This document shows, piece by piece, positions 37,722-49,630 of a stretch of 64,000 nucleotides of DNA (positions within the stretch are counted from its first letter, which is position 1; each line of letters begins with the position of its first letter). The DNA is from Novakomyces olei (Eukaryota): NCBI GenBank assembly GCA_016906335.1, contig JADEYG010000007.1, forward strand, positions 2,542,001-2,606,000, written 5' to 3'. The notes beneath the pieces were generated by a model. The model was not told the DNA's origin. It did no database searches and saw nothing but the letters and a program-made list of their open reading frames with translations. Both the position numbers and the translations under genes were made by a program.

Positions 37722-38588
37722 AGTCTGCACACAGCTCGACAATTCTCAAATAGAGAGCTGAAAAACAGTCTTGAGGTTGATGTAATTGAGGACTGAAATT
37801 ATTTGCATTCGAAACCAATTGATAACTGAATAAGCGCAGTTGCCACTTTGTATACAAGTCTTTTCTTATCCAGACATTTCCATTTATGCAGAATTCATAA
37901 ATTATAATGGCTATGGTTTCATTGTTTATTTAAATGTACAAATACAAGAACTGAATTATATGTTTTTGATAATGTAATCACATTTGTAGCAAATCTCGAT
38001 TAGCTAGCTTATTTACAACATTACGGTGGTTTAGAGACAGAACATTTAACCGCTGTCCTACCTTGCAGATCAGTGTATGTCTTATTTTACGCAATAATTA
38101 AACTCCCAATCAGACAACTATTCTTAGATTAATTGAATATATTCGATGATTCAAGCCCGCAAGTATGTCACGAAACTACTACGCAACTTTTGAGGGCATA
38201 TTTTTCCCACAAGGACTGTAAAAGCGGCAGCACCAATAGCCTGAGAAGGTTGTTAAAGGTTGTGGCTAAAGCAACGAGTCACGTTATAACGGCCCGTCAG
38301 AAATGGTACAACTGTCACTTACAAATAATATAGTACTTGAACAACATGTGAAATAACTTAATGATCTTGGATGACATGATAGCCTGATTAACCCTAATAT
38401 CCGAAACAAGCGGCATCTACATTCGTGTATTCGGAGATTAAAATGACGTGGAAGGCGTATATACGAGATTAAACGTTGTAGCTTGGCCAATCGGATTTAG
38501 GTTTCGGAGATCCATTCTGGTGACCTGAGCTTGTATAAAAAAAGTGCGGGGTGACGGGCCGCTCTTTTCAAAATCATCATTAAAAGAA

Positions 38589-39597
38589 ATGGCTGGAGAT
38601 TTGGTACTTGTAACAGGAATTTCGGGCTTTATTGCCCTTCGATTGGCAGATGATCTGTTGTCTCATGGTTTCAGAGTCAGAGGGACAGTAAGATCAGCTA
38701 ATAAGGCAGAAAAAGTACGCGGATTATTTCCGCGCTACGATTCTTCGCAGCTGGAATTTGCGATTGTGCCGGACGTTGCCTCGGAAGGCGGATTGGATGA
38801 AGCAGTGAAAGGAGTCAAATACGTTTGCCATACAGCGTCGCCTGTCAATTTTTCCATAAAGGACAATGAAAAGGATTTGCTGATTCCGGCTTACAAGGGA
38901 ACGACCAATGTTTTAGCAGCGGCGGCCAAGGAGCCTGGCGTCAAACGGTTCATTGTGCTGAGCAGTTTTGCGTCAATTATTGATCTCTTCAAGGGTTACC
39001 GCAAGGGCTATACTTACACGGAAGCCGACTGGAATCCTGCCACTTATGACGAAGCAAAGGTTTCAGACAACCCTGGATTTGTGTATTGAACTTCAAAGAC
39101 AGTAGCAGAGAAGGCAACTTGGGAATTTATTGAGCAGAAAAAGCAAAACTTTGACTTGGTCGCGATTTGCCCACCATTGGTTTTTGGACCACCTCTGGAA
39201 GGATCGGCGGAAGACAAGTCTCATCTCAACGTATCTACCGCCGGTGAGTGGGCCTTGTTTAATGGATCATTTAAAAAGACACCATCTGTGGCCTTCCCTG
39301 TCTGGGTGGATGTCCGTGACGTCGCAAGGGCCCATGTTTTGGCTCTGACAAGTGAAAAGGCTAGCAATCAGCGATTCTTGCTCATAGCTAATGAGTTCCA
39401 CAAATCAGCAGATTGTGGATTGTGCACGCAAGCATTTTGCGAACGATAGCCGGATCAAATTGCCCGAAGAGCGATCAGACGAACCTGACTTGTCCGAATT
39501 CTACGATGTTGATGCCTCCGAGGCACCGCGCTTACTCGGGTTTGAGTACACTGGTCTTGAACAGAGTGTCATTGACACAATTAAAGTGCTTGCTTAG
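38589..39597 (+). pseudogene. GRE2/ARI1-like NADPH-dependent aldehyde reductase (extended SDR) with in-frame TGA and a frameshift
   Basis: VLVTGISGFIA, VRGTVRS, HTASP. The catalytic YxxSK motif reads Y*TSK (TGA 39087-39089). A 1-nt insertion near 39399 shifts the C-terminus. No intron signals at either lesion. Confidence 0.85.
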
Positions 39598-39738
39598 TAG
39601 GACACTAAGGTTAGAAATAAGATACAACATGCTGCAGTGTTTTTAGATTTCAGAAGAAAGATTTTACATAAGAAATAAGAAATTTGTTTTTGTTAGCTGG
39701 CGTGAATAATACAATTTGGTTCCACTCTGATGTACTTT

Positions 39739-42276
39739 TTAAACGGCTCCATATCCAATTTTTTTAGTTTCTTGTGCCTTCAACGCAGCCTGGCAAGTCT
39801 TTGTGACCTCTAATAAGTATTCTTCGCACAATCGCCGCTTGACCAGCTGTACCGTTACAGGACACCCGTCCATAGCCTCGGGGCAATCTGTTATTCGTTA
39901 ACCCTAAAGTTTGCTATTAGTCTTACATTCTTGCCATATCGTGGCTTCCAGATCGTTGCGTCCGCGATATTCGACGTTTTGGTCCAGAGAGGGCGTTACA
40001 CGAGTAACGGGAAGCGTTGTGGCACAGTAATCGAGCACGTTCCATAAACTGCAGTAATTATCGTAAGAGAAAGCGTACCTTTGACATTAGAAACCAAATT
40101 CATTCTAAAGACAAGATTGTAGTAAAATATTAATACGCAGAAAACACCGTAAATTGAAGAGTAAGTTCATTCAAATCAAAGATTAAATTAGACAATGAAG
40201 AAGCTTACTGTGAACATGCAGGCCATGGAGTACACGGCATCAGCAGTGCGTCAATCTCTCGTCCTGTCCCCGTTCTTGACCGGGTTGTATCCCAAGATTC
40301 CATCATTGTTTTCGCAAATGCCGTGCGCTTCGTCTGAGCGCTCCACAAGTCGAGGACAGAGGCAGGAGCCAGCCCATCGCTCTCAGTCAGATTCTTTAGC
40401 ATGTCAAAGCCTCGAGGCCACGGCTCTTTTGTATAGCTGAGAGTGTTTTTTATCAACTCTGCCGCAGCAGAACGATACAGCTCGTGCTTCAAGCTGTTTG
40501 GGTATAGAGGATCATCGCTTGCCAAAGTGTCAGCGTAAATGAAATTAAAGAAGAATCGAAGAACAAATTGATCTATTTATAAAATTAAACACATGATGAC
40601 TGCAGAAACAATCAAGATTATTCATTTTTGTTGTAGAAAATGTCTTGTTGATTGCCGATAATTACATTGAAAACTCAATCACTCGGTGGCCCTGGCTTTC
40701 AAGGGCTTCTCTCAGCCTTAAAAGCGCCCTCTCAACAGGCGGCAAAGGGCGCACAACACCGTCGTCAACAAGAATTCCTGCAAAAAATTAGTGCGAAAAA
40801 CCCAGGGCAACAAACCAAAACAAAGTCGCTCAGGAAGGCTAATATTACGCCATGGGATCGGCAAACATTCCGGATCAGCTATTATCCACGGCTGACTCTC
40901 TACCACGGTTTTGCTCCACAACTCAACCGCCGTCAGCGACGTTGACATAGGGCCTATCGTATTGCGAACGGCCTCGGACCCTTCCATACCGTCCCGTAAT
41001 CCCGACGTCGGGAATCGTCCGGACGAGGGTTTGAGCGAGTATAATCCGCAAAAAGAGGCCGGAATTCCTAAGAGCTCTATCAGCTTGCGTAAACATGATT
41101 ATTATCCATACGAATAGAGCCGCCGACATCGGTGCCAATGCCGAGAGGTGATCCTTTCAGCGCAAGGAGCGCGCTTTCTCCGCCGGAAGAACCGCCGCTC
41201 GAAAGACTGCGGTCGTAAGGATTGCAAGTGTAGCCGTAAATGGCGCTAAATGTCTGTTTGCAAACAGATTAGCATTTAATAGATAGCAGAATAAATCAAA
41301 TAGAACTAAATAATTAAAAAATTAAAAAATTTTAAACAAAATCTAAATGCAAAATTAAACAAACGAATAAATATTTAATAAAACACCAAGAGTCCATACT
41401 TCACCAGCCATTAGTCCAGGAGGCACCGCAGTCTTGCAAAACAAAATAGCTCCGCTTTCGCGCATAATGCGCGTAATTTCGGATTCTTCATCAGGTCGTG
41501 TCGGCTGCTGCATCGCGAACGCAGTAAACCCGATGGCTGCATCGGTGTCTCGTACCCGAAAACAATCTTTCAAGGAAACCGGCAGACCATGAAGAGGCCC
41601 GCGGACGGTATTTGTATCCGCATACTCGATATCTAGCTGCCTCGCCGCTTGGAGCGCGGCTTCAAAGAAAATCTCCGATAAGCAATTGACCTATTTGTTA
41701 AAAAGTCAATTTGACCTATAAGATAAAGATGTCAAACCCCGGATTCTTTCTTGGGAATAGTGGAAAAATTAAACAGACAGATTATCCGATAAGTATAAGA
41801 ATAGAAAAAACTGTCAAAATTGAAGTGCCAAGTAATGCAACTGTCTTTGATATTTTATTGAAAAACAATTAGTTACATAAATGCCGAGAAATAAAAAACA
41901 AATTTGAAAATATTTGCTTACAAGCTGTTGTGCAATGGCAGCGCGTTTGCAAAATGCCAGAGTCACCTTTATAAATTTGTGTTAGAGCAGCTAGCAAATA
42001 AACATGCGATAATACTTCGTATGCGCTGTACTTTCTTTCAGCTAGTTTTTGCACCAGAATAGGGGCCTCTGTCTCTGTAATTTCCGTTTCTCGAGACGTC
42101 AAGATACCGCAAGCAGATGGGACATCTATAACATTGCGCTGCGTTTCCGGAACTCGACCATGAGCCAGCTGCCATTCCTCTGGGATTGCTGCGTCTCTCT
42201 CGGTCCGCTTAGCTCGGGCAATTGTCTCCCATTTTTGAATTGCTATTTCCTCATTACTCGTCCCGTAGTCCGGCAT
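39739..42276 (-). CDS. Amidase signature family amidase (acetamidase-like), 8 introns
   Basis: [77 protein letters not shown]. All exons join in frame. Confidence 0.92.
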
Positions 42277-42760
42277 TTTTCTGTCCGCTAGTTGTGCATC
42301 AAATGTAGCGCGTACAGCATTTGCTTATTTTTGAACAGGCATAAACAAATATAATGCATAGCTTCATTACAAACCCCACAGTAGCATTGCAGGCAAATAG
42401 ACCACATTGGACTCTTAAATTTGTTGAACGCACCCCCGATGCACTCCGACACTTTAGGGAACGGAAGCTTATCGCTCAGTTTCGGAATTTCCGATACTAT
42501 ATCGGCAGTCCCGGTAGAAATACTTGTTATCAGCCGATACCGGTCAGTGCCACCTGTCAGCTACTGCGAACGTTCGCTACAAATTTGCGTGACCTTTTGA
42601 TATCGGGGCGCGAACGGCGGGCGATTTAGCTCATTAAAATTCGCCACTCAGCGCACTCTTTTGTTCACGGACAGACATTTAAAGCCTTGCTCGTTTCACT
42701 TTTACAAACAGTCTCTCCTGCGAAACGTATAGTATTGCGATAACAAAAGGCGCACTGGAT

Positions 42761-43948
42761 ATGTCTGCAGCTGAACAAGATACGGCTAAAAGCTCGTCGG
42801 CAAAGACGAAGCTTCGAGATGGTTATGCCGTTGTTGGCAGCAATGGCGTCGGTGACGACGATGCGGTAATACAAGTCGAGCGTCACGACTATGCGGACGT
42901 AGCCCCTACAAAGAGACCGCGTGTCCAATCTCTCGAGGGATTCGATGACGTTTACACGGACATTGTGGACTATATTGTGCGCTGCACACACAAAATCTGG
43001 GACGAACGGGACATTGGCTTGATCTACACGCACTATACGCACAACTGTGTGTTGTACGGTACGATGCGAACGGTTTATGATCGCGAGTCCGTCGTTCGGG
43101 ACACGATCCAGCGCCTTGTGTCGTTTCCCGAACGGCGCGGGATGGCGACCCACGTTTTATGGCGCGGAAATGACAAGGATGGGTTTTACACTTCTCACCT
43201 TGTGACTGGCTCTGGCCGGCACACGCAATACGGTCATTTTGGCCCACCCACAGGCCGTGCCTTTGTATCTCGCACTATAGCGGACTGCATGATTTACCGA
43301 AACAAAATTTACCGCGAATGGGTAGTGGCCGACAATATGGCCATTGTTAAACAGCTCGGCTTGGATCCGAACCCGATCGCCCTGGAATCAGCACGTGACT
43401 TGTACACTCGCGGCATGGAGACCATTGATATTGGTGAAAATCGGCGAATTGTCGGCCAACAATTGCCGCCGGACGAAGTCGATACCTCGTTTGCTCACAA
43501 CGAAATCGAGGTCGAAACTTTGAAATGGCTGCATGAAGTATGGAACCGTCGTATGTTTGGTGGCATTCAAAAGATTTATGCTGTAAACGCTCAGTATCAC
43601 GGACCTAATATGGTCGAATTGTTTGGATCAGCGGCTGTTCTGCATCAACATTTAGCCCTGCTCGGATCTCTTCCGGACGGTGTCTATATGCCGCAGCATA
43701 TCTGTTCGAACCCGTGTGACGAAGGCGGGGTCAAAGTAGCCGTCCGCTGGATCATTGAAGGTCACCTCCTGGGTTACGGAATTCTAGCATCTCTCGGAAA
43801 ACCCGAAGGTCAACGGATCCAGATCATGGGCATGACGCACTACCATTACAAGAACGGACGCATTGTGGACGAATGGAATGTTTATGACGAGCTCTCGATA
43901 CTCATGCAAATTAAACTTGCTGAGCTTGTTCGGCAAGGCAAAGATTGA
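42761..43948 (+). CDS. Tandem SnoaL/NTF2-like (ester cyclase family) protein, intronless
   Basis: Two related halves (KIWDERDIG...FPER...GRHT..GHFGPPTG...KIYREW and EVWNRRMFG...LPD...GHL.GYG..GKPEG...GRIVDEW), typical of double SnoaL-like proteins. Confidence 0.8.
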   Translation: MSAAEQDTAKSSSAKTKLRDGYAVVGSNGVGDDDAVIQVERHDYADVAPTKRPRVQSLEGFDDVYTDIVDYIVRCTHKIWDERDIGLIYTHYTHNCVLYGTMRTVYDRESVVRDTIQRLVSFPERRGMATHVLWRGNDKDGFYTSHLVTGSGRHTQYGHFGPPTGRAFVSRTIADCMIYRNKIYREWVVADNMAIVKQLGLDPNPIALESARDLYTRGMETIDIGENRRIVGQQLPPDEVDTSFAHNEIEVETLKWLHEVWNRRMFGGIQKIYAVNAQYHGPNMVELFGSAAVLHQHLALLGSLPDGVYMPQHICSNPCDEGGVKVAVRWIIEGHLLGYGILASLGKPEGQRIQIMGMTHYHYKNGRIVDEWNVYDELSILMQIKLAELVRQGKD

Positions 43949-44844
43949 AAATAAAAGTAGGACAGCAAGAACCCAATTGGAGTCGAGTAGATTAATTTTA
44001 AACTGCAGTTAATTACATTATTTTTACCGGCACTAGTATGCTTGGACAATTTGGTATGGTAGAATTTTAGTTGCACGTACTGTTTAGCGTCGTTGCTGTT
44101 ATTCTGAGTTTGTGGGCCAAATGCTAAATTTTGGAGTTGGCAACTAATGTTCCGACCACGTAAATTTAGACTAATGCTTGAGAGGGTATTTTGGTTTGTC
44201 GAATTGGTAAATTCGACTCGTATCTTAAATCACTCAACGTTTTGCGTGGATTCTTAATGCAGCAGTTTTTCTCATAAGAAAAATATAAGGTTGAGGTCTA
44301 CGTTCAGAATTTTTAAGTGGAACTTAAAATTTATTTTAAAAAATGCCAACTTGAAGACTGCCACCTTATATTGGAAACCAATACTTTTGATCTTTGAAAC
44401 TTATGATAAGCCTCCTTAACAGAATGTATTCATCCACTGCCCGCCTTGTGCTTGACAGCTGGTTGATTGTATTACTTTTTCCGATACGGATCTTATCACA
44501 GACTTGGATATCAATTCAATCTATGAAATAATTATTCTTGTTTTTATCTTGTTCTAATTATAATTGTACCCCACCCGCCCTTTGCGCTGTAGCAACTCTG
44601 TGATTGGTCAGATCTCATTTACTATCAATATTGTGTCTTGCCAAATTAATATGAGAGACTCTCAAGGGACGGCTTTGCCGATGAAGCCGTGTCGGGCACG
44701 CTACGTGGGATCCCGCTTATCGTGCCCAAGCCGGTTGATAAAGACATGCAAAAAGCTATTATATTGTGTGCAATCGGCCAAGGAGCCACTTTCCTCAGCT
44801 TTGCTCTCAGCTAGTATCAAAACTTCAACAATTAGCAAAGTGAA

Positions 44845-46571
44845 ATGGCCCATCCTGACGTGGCCGGCTCCCATGTACTTCATCGCTCGTTTGCCGATCG
44901 CCCACTTAAAGTCGTAGCGGCGCGTGGCATTCGACTTATTCTTGAGTCCGGTGTTGAGGTTTTAGATGCTTCCGCTGGTCCCTCGGTCTCCTGTCTTGGC
45001 CATTCGAGACCGGACGTAGCTGAAGCAGTTGCTCAGCAGCTGTCGGCCGTGCCTTATGTTTATTCTGGCGCGAGATTTACGGCATCTGCAAACGAAGACC
45101 TGGCCGAGCATGTCCTTCGAGAGCGTCCTGGCGGGCTGACTAAGGCAATTTTTGTGAATTCAGGCAGCGAGGCCACTGATGCTGCACTCAAGCTTGCGTT
45201 CCAGTACTGGCGCGAGTCGGATGAACCACAAAAACGGTTCGTTATAGCGCGAAAGCAAAGTTACCATGGAAACACGATCGGTGCACTCTGCGTGTCGGGC
45301 CACGAATCGCGTCGTGCTTACTATAGCGATTGGATGTCAAACAACGTACGATTCGTTGACCCTTGTTTCGCTTACCGGTTCAAACGCGCCGGAGAATCCG
45401 ATGATGCTTATGTAGCGCGATTGTCAAATCAATTGGAGCGCGAAATCTTGCAACTTGGACCGGAGAATGTTGCTGCTTTTATTGCGGAAACCGTGAGTGG
45501 TACCACACTAGGCTGCGCTGCTGCTGTGCCGGGCTACTTTAAAGCCGTTCGAGCTCTTTGCGACAAGTACAATATCCTTCTCATCTTGGACGAGGTATGC
45601 TTGATTAATGAGATAAATTACATTGAACTAGGATCTAATATTTCTAGATTATGTGTGGTATGGGTAAAACTGGGACAATGCATGCCTGGCAGCAGGAAGG
45701 CATTCGTGGACCAGATATCCAAACTATTGGCAAAGCATTGGGCGGTGGATTTATCCCTCTGTCGGCCGTTCTTTTGCACGAAAAGATTTTCAATGTCTTG
45801 GCATCAGGAACCGGCACACTTGCGCATGGCCATACATTTCAGGTATGATCATTTCATTTCCTTTAATTTGATTCCTAATTAATTTAAACCGATTGAGTAC
45901 CCTTTGTTCACTTTTGATATTTCTGTTTTATTTTAAATTGTTCAGCTAGCTATTTATTTGTCTTTAAATCGATTAACTGTACTTTTATGTGCAAATCGTT
46001 TCTCACATGTCAGGCTCATCCAGCGGCATGCGCTGCGGCACTGGCGGTTCAGAAGGCCGTTGCTCGAGAAAATTTGATAGAGCGAGTCGGTAAAATGGGC
46101 GAAGTTCTAGGTCGCCTACTGCAAACCCACATTGCACCTCTTCCTCTCGTCGGAAATATTCGCGGCCGTGGCCTCTTCTGGGCTGTTGAATTTATGCTTA
46201 ACGGGCCGAGCCGAATCCCGCCCCCACGGGAGGCTAAATTCTGCGATCGGGTTGTAGACAGAGCTCTACGTCTTGGCCTCAATATTCTGGGGAATTTGGG
46301 GGTGACTGGGCAAGTTTATGTGGACCATGTTATTGTGTGCCCGCCTTATATTGTGACAGAAGAGGAGTTGCAAAGTATCGTCATACTGCTCGCACAAGCT
46401 ATTGAGCAGGCCTCTGATGAGCTGCGCCATTGGACTATGGGCAACATGGACGCGCCCGTTGAGGAAAAGCAGTCTGCCAATGTTAATGGCTTCGCAAAGA
46501 CTAATGGCTTCGCAAAGACTAATGGGCTTGCCAAAATCAACGGGTTTACGAGCCAAGAGACTGCTTTGTAG
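44845..46571 (+). CDS. Class III PLP-dependent aminotransferase, 2 introns (45595-45647, 45843-46013)
   Basis: LDASAG..VSCLGH, NSGSEATDAALK, SYHGNT, LILDE|IMCGMGKTG, PDIQTIGKALGGG (PLP lysine), HGHTFQ|AHP, IRGRGLFWAVE. Confidence 0.95.
46485..46556 (+). repeat. 18-bp coding tandem repeat (NGFAKT-type x4) in the aminotransferase C-terminal tail
   Basis: AATGGCTTCGCAAAGACT x2 exact, followed by two diverged copies. Confidence 0.85.
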
Positions 46572-46858
46572 ATCAGACTCATTGTTTATATTCGAATAAA
46601 TAAATAATTAATACATCGTTGCTTTTGATATATTTAGTTGGAGCTGATTATTCGCTTCTCTACCCCTCAATAAAAAAAATTTAATTATATCAACCGTAAC
46701 TATGTTTACGCTAAGGACCAGATTTCAATCATATTAGTTTTTCATTTATTTCATTTATTTGTTTGCACGTGACCGTGCAGAGCTTGATCGCAAACTAATG
46801 CGCCCTAGGGTTTATGACCCTAACCCTAAATCTAAACTTGTCTTAAAGTGATCGCGTG

Positions 46859-47431
46859 CTAGCGCACGAACTGATCCGCAAACCCTGCGCCCAGTCCGAC
46901 CGCCTCGTAGTGTTTTCTGGCAGCTTGTAATTTACTGAAAACATCCTCGACACCAACGGGATTGCCGTCCGGGTCAACGTAAATGTATGCTCCAGTGACG
47001 TGGAAAAGGGTTACCATCTCTTCCACGTCATTTGGAACCTGCAGTGTATGAATATCGCCTGGAGGCTCAAACGCGTACCCGCCTGGAGTGGCCCACCAGT
47101 CGTGCTCGAGGTAGTGCCAGCGTCCACGCAGTACAATAGCGTGCACGGGTCCGGCATGTCGGTGACGCGATAAAATGCCCGACTTTCTGACACGCAAAAT
47201 ATTGACAAAATAGCCCTGGGAAACGCTGAAACAGAGTGGTCTGAAATGGACTCCAGGGCTTTGCGGAACCCACAGCCTTTCATCGCACTCAATATCCATT
47301 GCACCTGGCACAACTAGATCTTCAAGTACATTGGGCAGCGGATCACCTCTATACGCAATGGCTTTACTATCGCCGCGGGCCGATGCCGCAGCATTTTCGG
47401 CTTGAGAAACAGTAGAATCTGCCAAAGTCAT
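46859..47431 (-). CDS. Cupin dioxygenase, 2,4'-dihydroxyacetophenone dioxygenase (DAD)/ChrR-cupin family, intronless
   Basis: WVP..PGVHFRPL, RHRHAGPVH..VLRGRWHYLEHDW.A..G.YAFEPPGDIHTL with the three-His metal site, F.VTG.YIYVD.DG. Confidence 0.88.
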   Translation of the reverse strand: MTLADSTVSQAENAAASARGDSKAIAYRGDPLPNVLEDLVVPGAMDIECDERLWVPQSPGVHFRPLCFSVSQGYFVNILRVRKSGILSRHRHAGPVHAIVLRGRWHYLEHDWWATPGGYAFEPPGDIHTLQVPNDVEEMVTLFHVTGAYIYVDPDGNPVGVEDVFSKLQAARKHYEAVGLGAGFADQFVR

Positions 47432-47779
47432 TGTGTAACGAAATGCGGCGGCAGCTCATTGATGCGCTACGTCTGGTTTTTGTACCCATACTTTTCTGCT
47501 CTTTTCTCTCGCTACCGGTTCCTTCCTTGCAGCAATTGAACCGTTGATCAGTTTCTCCAATAGAATTGCTTCAATTACAAAACAGTGCAAACACGCAATC
47601 TCGGCCCCGCGCCACAAGCGCTAACAAGTAATCAACGCTATCGCGATGTCAGCAACCTGTCAATCTAGTTTTCGGCAAAGCCGAACTAGATATCGGAAAA
47701 CCGGTAAAGCCGACATCACCCGATCTTGACAACATCTTATCCCACGGATTGGATTCTGGAGAAAAGTACCAAACAATTA

Positions 47780-49428
47780 ATGGCTCTCGCGGTGCCAGCC
47801 AAGGGCGGCTATACTCGACAGCGTCAAGGATGCTTGACTTGCCGTCAAAGGTTAGCAGCCTTGCTTTACTCATCCTAAACTGTCTTGAAGGAAAAAAAAA
47901 TGCGATCGACGGTACCCTGTTTGCGGTCATTGTGTACGATTGAACTTGGCTTGTGAACACGAAGAACCAAGGCGCGTTGTTTGGCGGAAATCTGACGCTA
48001 CTAAAGAACCAATTTGTTCGGCTGGACAGCCGAGCGAACGGTCCCAGGTCCATGTGGCTCGAATTTACAATGCTGTTGATGACGCAGTATGGCATGGACT
48101 TGAAGGCGATTTGTTAGCCAGCCGCCGAGCCATACTGCGCTACTACACGACTGTATTTGTTTACATGCTGTCTACAAACTCGGAAAATAACAGTTTTTTG
48201 TCGGGTAAGCCTTTTTACAGACGAGAATTTTATTAAAATTATTATAGTAATGGTGCCGATGGCATTTGAGTGCCAGGCGCTTATGCAATCTCTGGTTGCA
48301 TGGGCGGCTTCACATTTAGCAGCACGGGACCCTGTGCTTGAGCCTTTAGCGCTGCAACACCGTGGAACAGCTCTACAAGCAATGAAGGTAGCAGTCGAGG
48401 CCAATGCGTTATCGGCAGAGATGTTTCTCGCCATTGCTATGGCGCTCTGCTCTATGGAGTGTATTTCCGGTGGCGGTGGCTCATGGTACTGCCATTTACT
48501 GGGTGGAGCAGTTGCCCTCGGCTTCCTCGGTCGGGATACCGAGGCCGTTGTCGGCCCGGCCACGACTACACGCCGGTCTATCGTACGACTGCCCACGTTT
48601 GAAGGGGGATGGCTGCTCCGCAACTTTGCCTATCACGATATTCTTATGAGCATCACGCTTGATTCTGGGCCTTTAGTATCAGGGTATTACTGGACGGCAG
48701 ACGACGGAGAAGACGGGTCATGTGGTACCGGAAAAGCCGACGCGTACTTTGGACTTGCTTCCCGAATATTGTACCTGACAGCACAAGTCAGCGAGCTGAA
48801 TTATAGTTTTGCTGAGCAAAGTGGTTTTCGCAGTGGGAGGAAAAGCAGCGGCTCGGGGAATCGATCCGTTTGCACAGCGCAACGGGTTCCGCAGGGGCTT
48901 GTCTTAAGCTGCACACCGAAAACCACACAAGAATCGGCTTCACTTAGCAGAGCCCGGGAGATTGAGACGGAACTGCTCTTATGGAGCTGCCCGGCCGAGT
49001 ACAATGAAACCGCGCTTCAATTACTGGCTTTTTCGTATCGCAGTGCTGCACTTTTGCATCTTTATCGGACACTGAGGCGCTATTTTCCCGATTTAAAGAC
49101 AGAATTGGAGACAAAGATGGCCCAGCATGTAACGCACATCTCTGAAATAGTTTTGCAGATGAGCGAAGGCTGCTTGGCAGAATGTACTTTACTTTTTCCG
49201 CTCTTTATGGCCGGCGGCGAGGCGGAAGACCCAGAGCAGGTGCGGGTTATCCGTGAAAAGCTCGTCTCTATTAATAAATGGCGGCGGTTCCAGAACGTTG
49301 ATCTTGCTCTTGAAGTGCTGGACGAGCTTTGGCGGCTAAGACGGGCCGGGTCACTGGGGCCAGACGGCACTAGACTGGATTGGCTACACATTACAAAGTC
49401 TCGCAATATTCAGCTGGCTATTTCTTGA
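47780..49428 (+). CDS. Zn(II)2Cys6 transcription factor with Fungal_trans_2 domain, 2 introns (47851-47890, 48205-48247)
   Basis: Spliced N-terminus GCLTCRQR|KKKCDRRYPVCGHCVRLNLACE. C-terminal FAYHDIL, YRSAALLHL, LLFPLFMAGGE, L.VLDELW. Confidence 0.9.
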
Positions 49429-49630
49429 AAGTCTCAATAGTATAGTGACATTTAAAAGCAAATTCAGCAAGGAGTATTAGGTGCGCATTAATTCTCATGT
49501 TTATTGGTGCGAGTAATTGAAGGTTCAGTAAGTGTGATTAATATGTTCTAGATTTTTATTGGTTCAGGTCTATGTTTAGCTATTCTAATCTCAAACTTAT
49601 CCCCCTTTAACAGATCTGATAGATATTGCA

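Noticed and set aside
39087-39089. Selenocysteine or recoded TGA in the reductase
   Set aside because: A second, independent frameshift is present, TGA is used as a normal stop elsewhere in the window, and Sec is not known in ascomycetes.
47646-47729. Upstream ATG as the start of the Fungal_trans_2 TF
   Set aside because: It terminates at TGA after 27 codons. ATG 47780 gives a complete zinc cluster after splicing, so this is at most a uORF.
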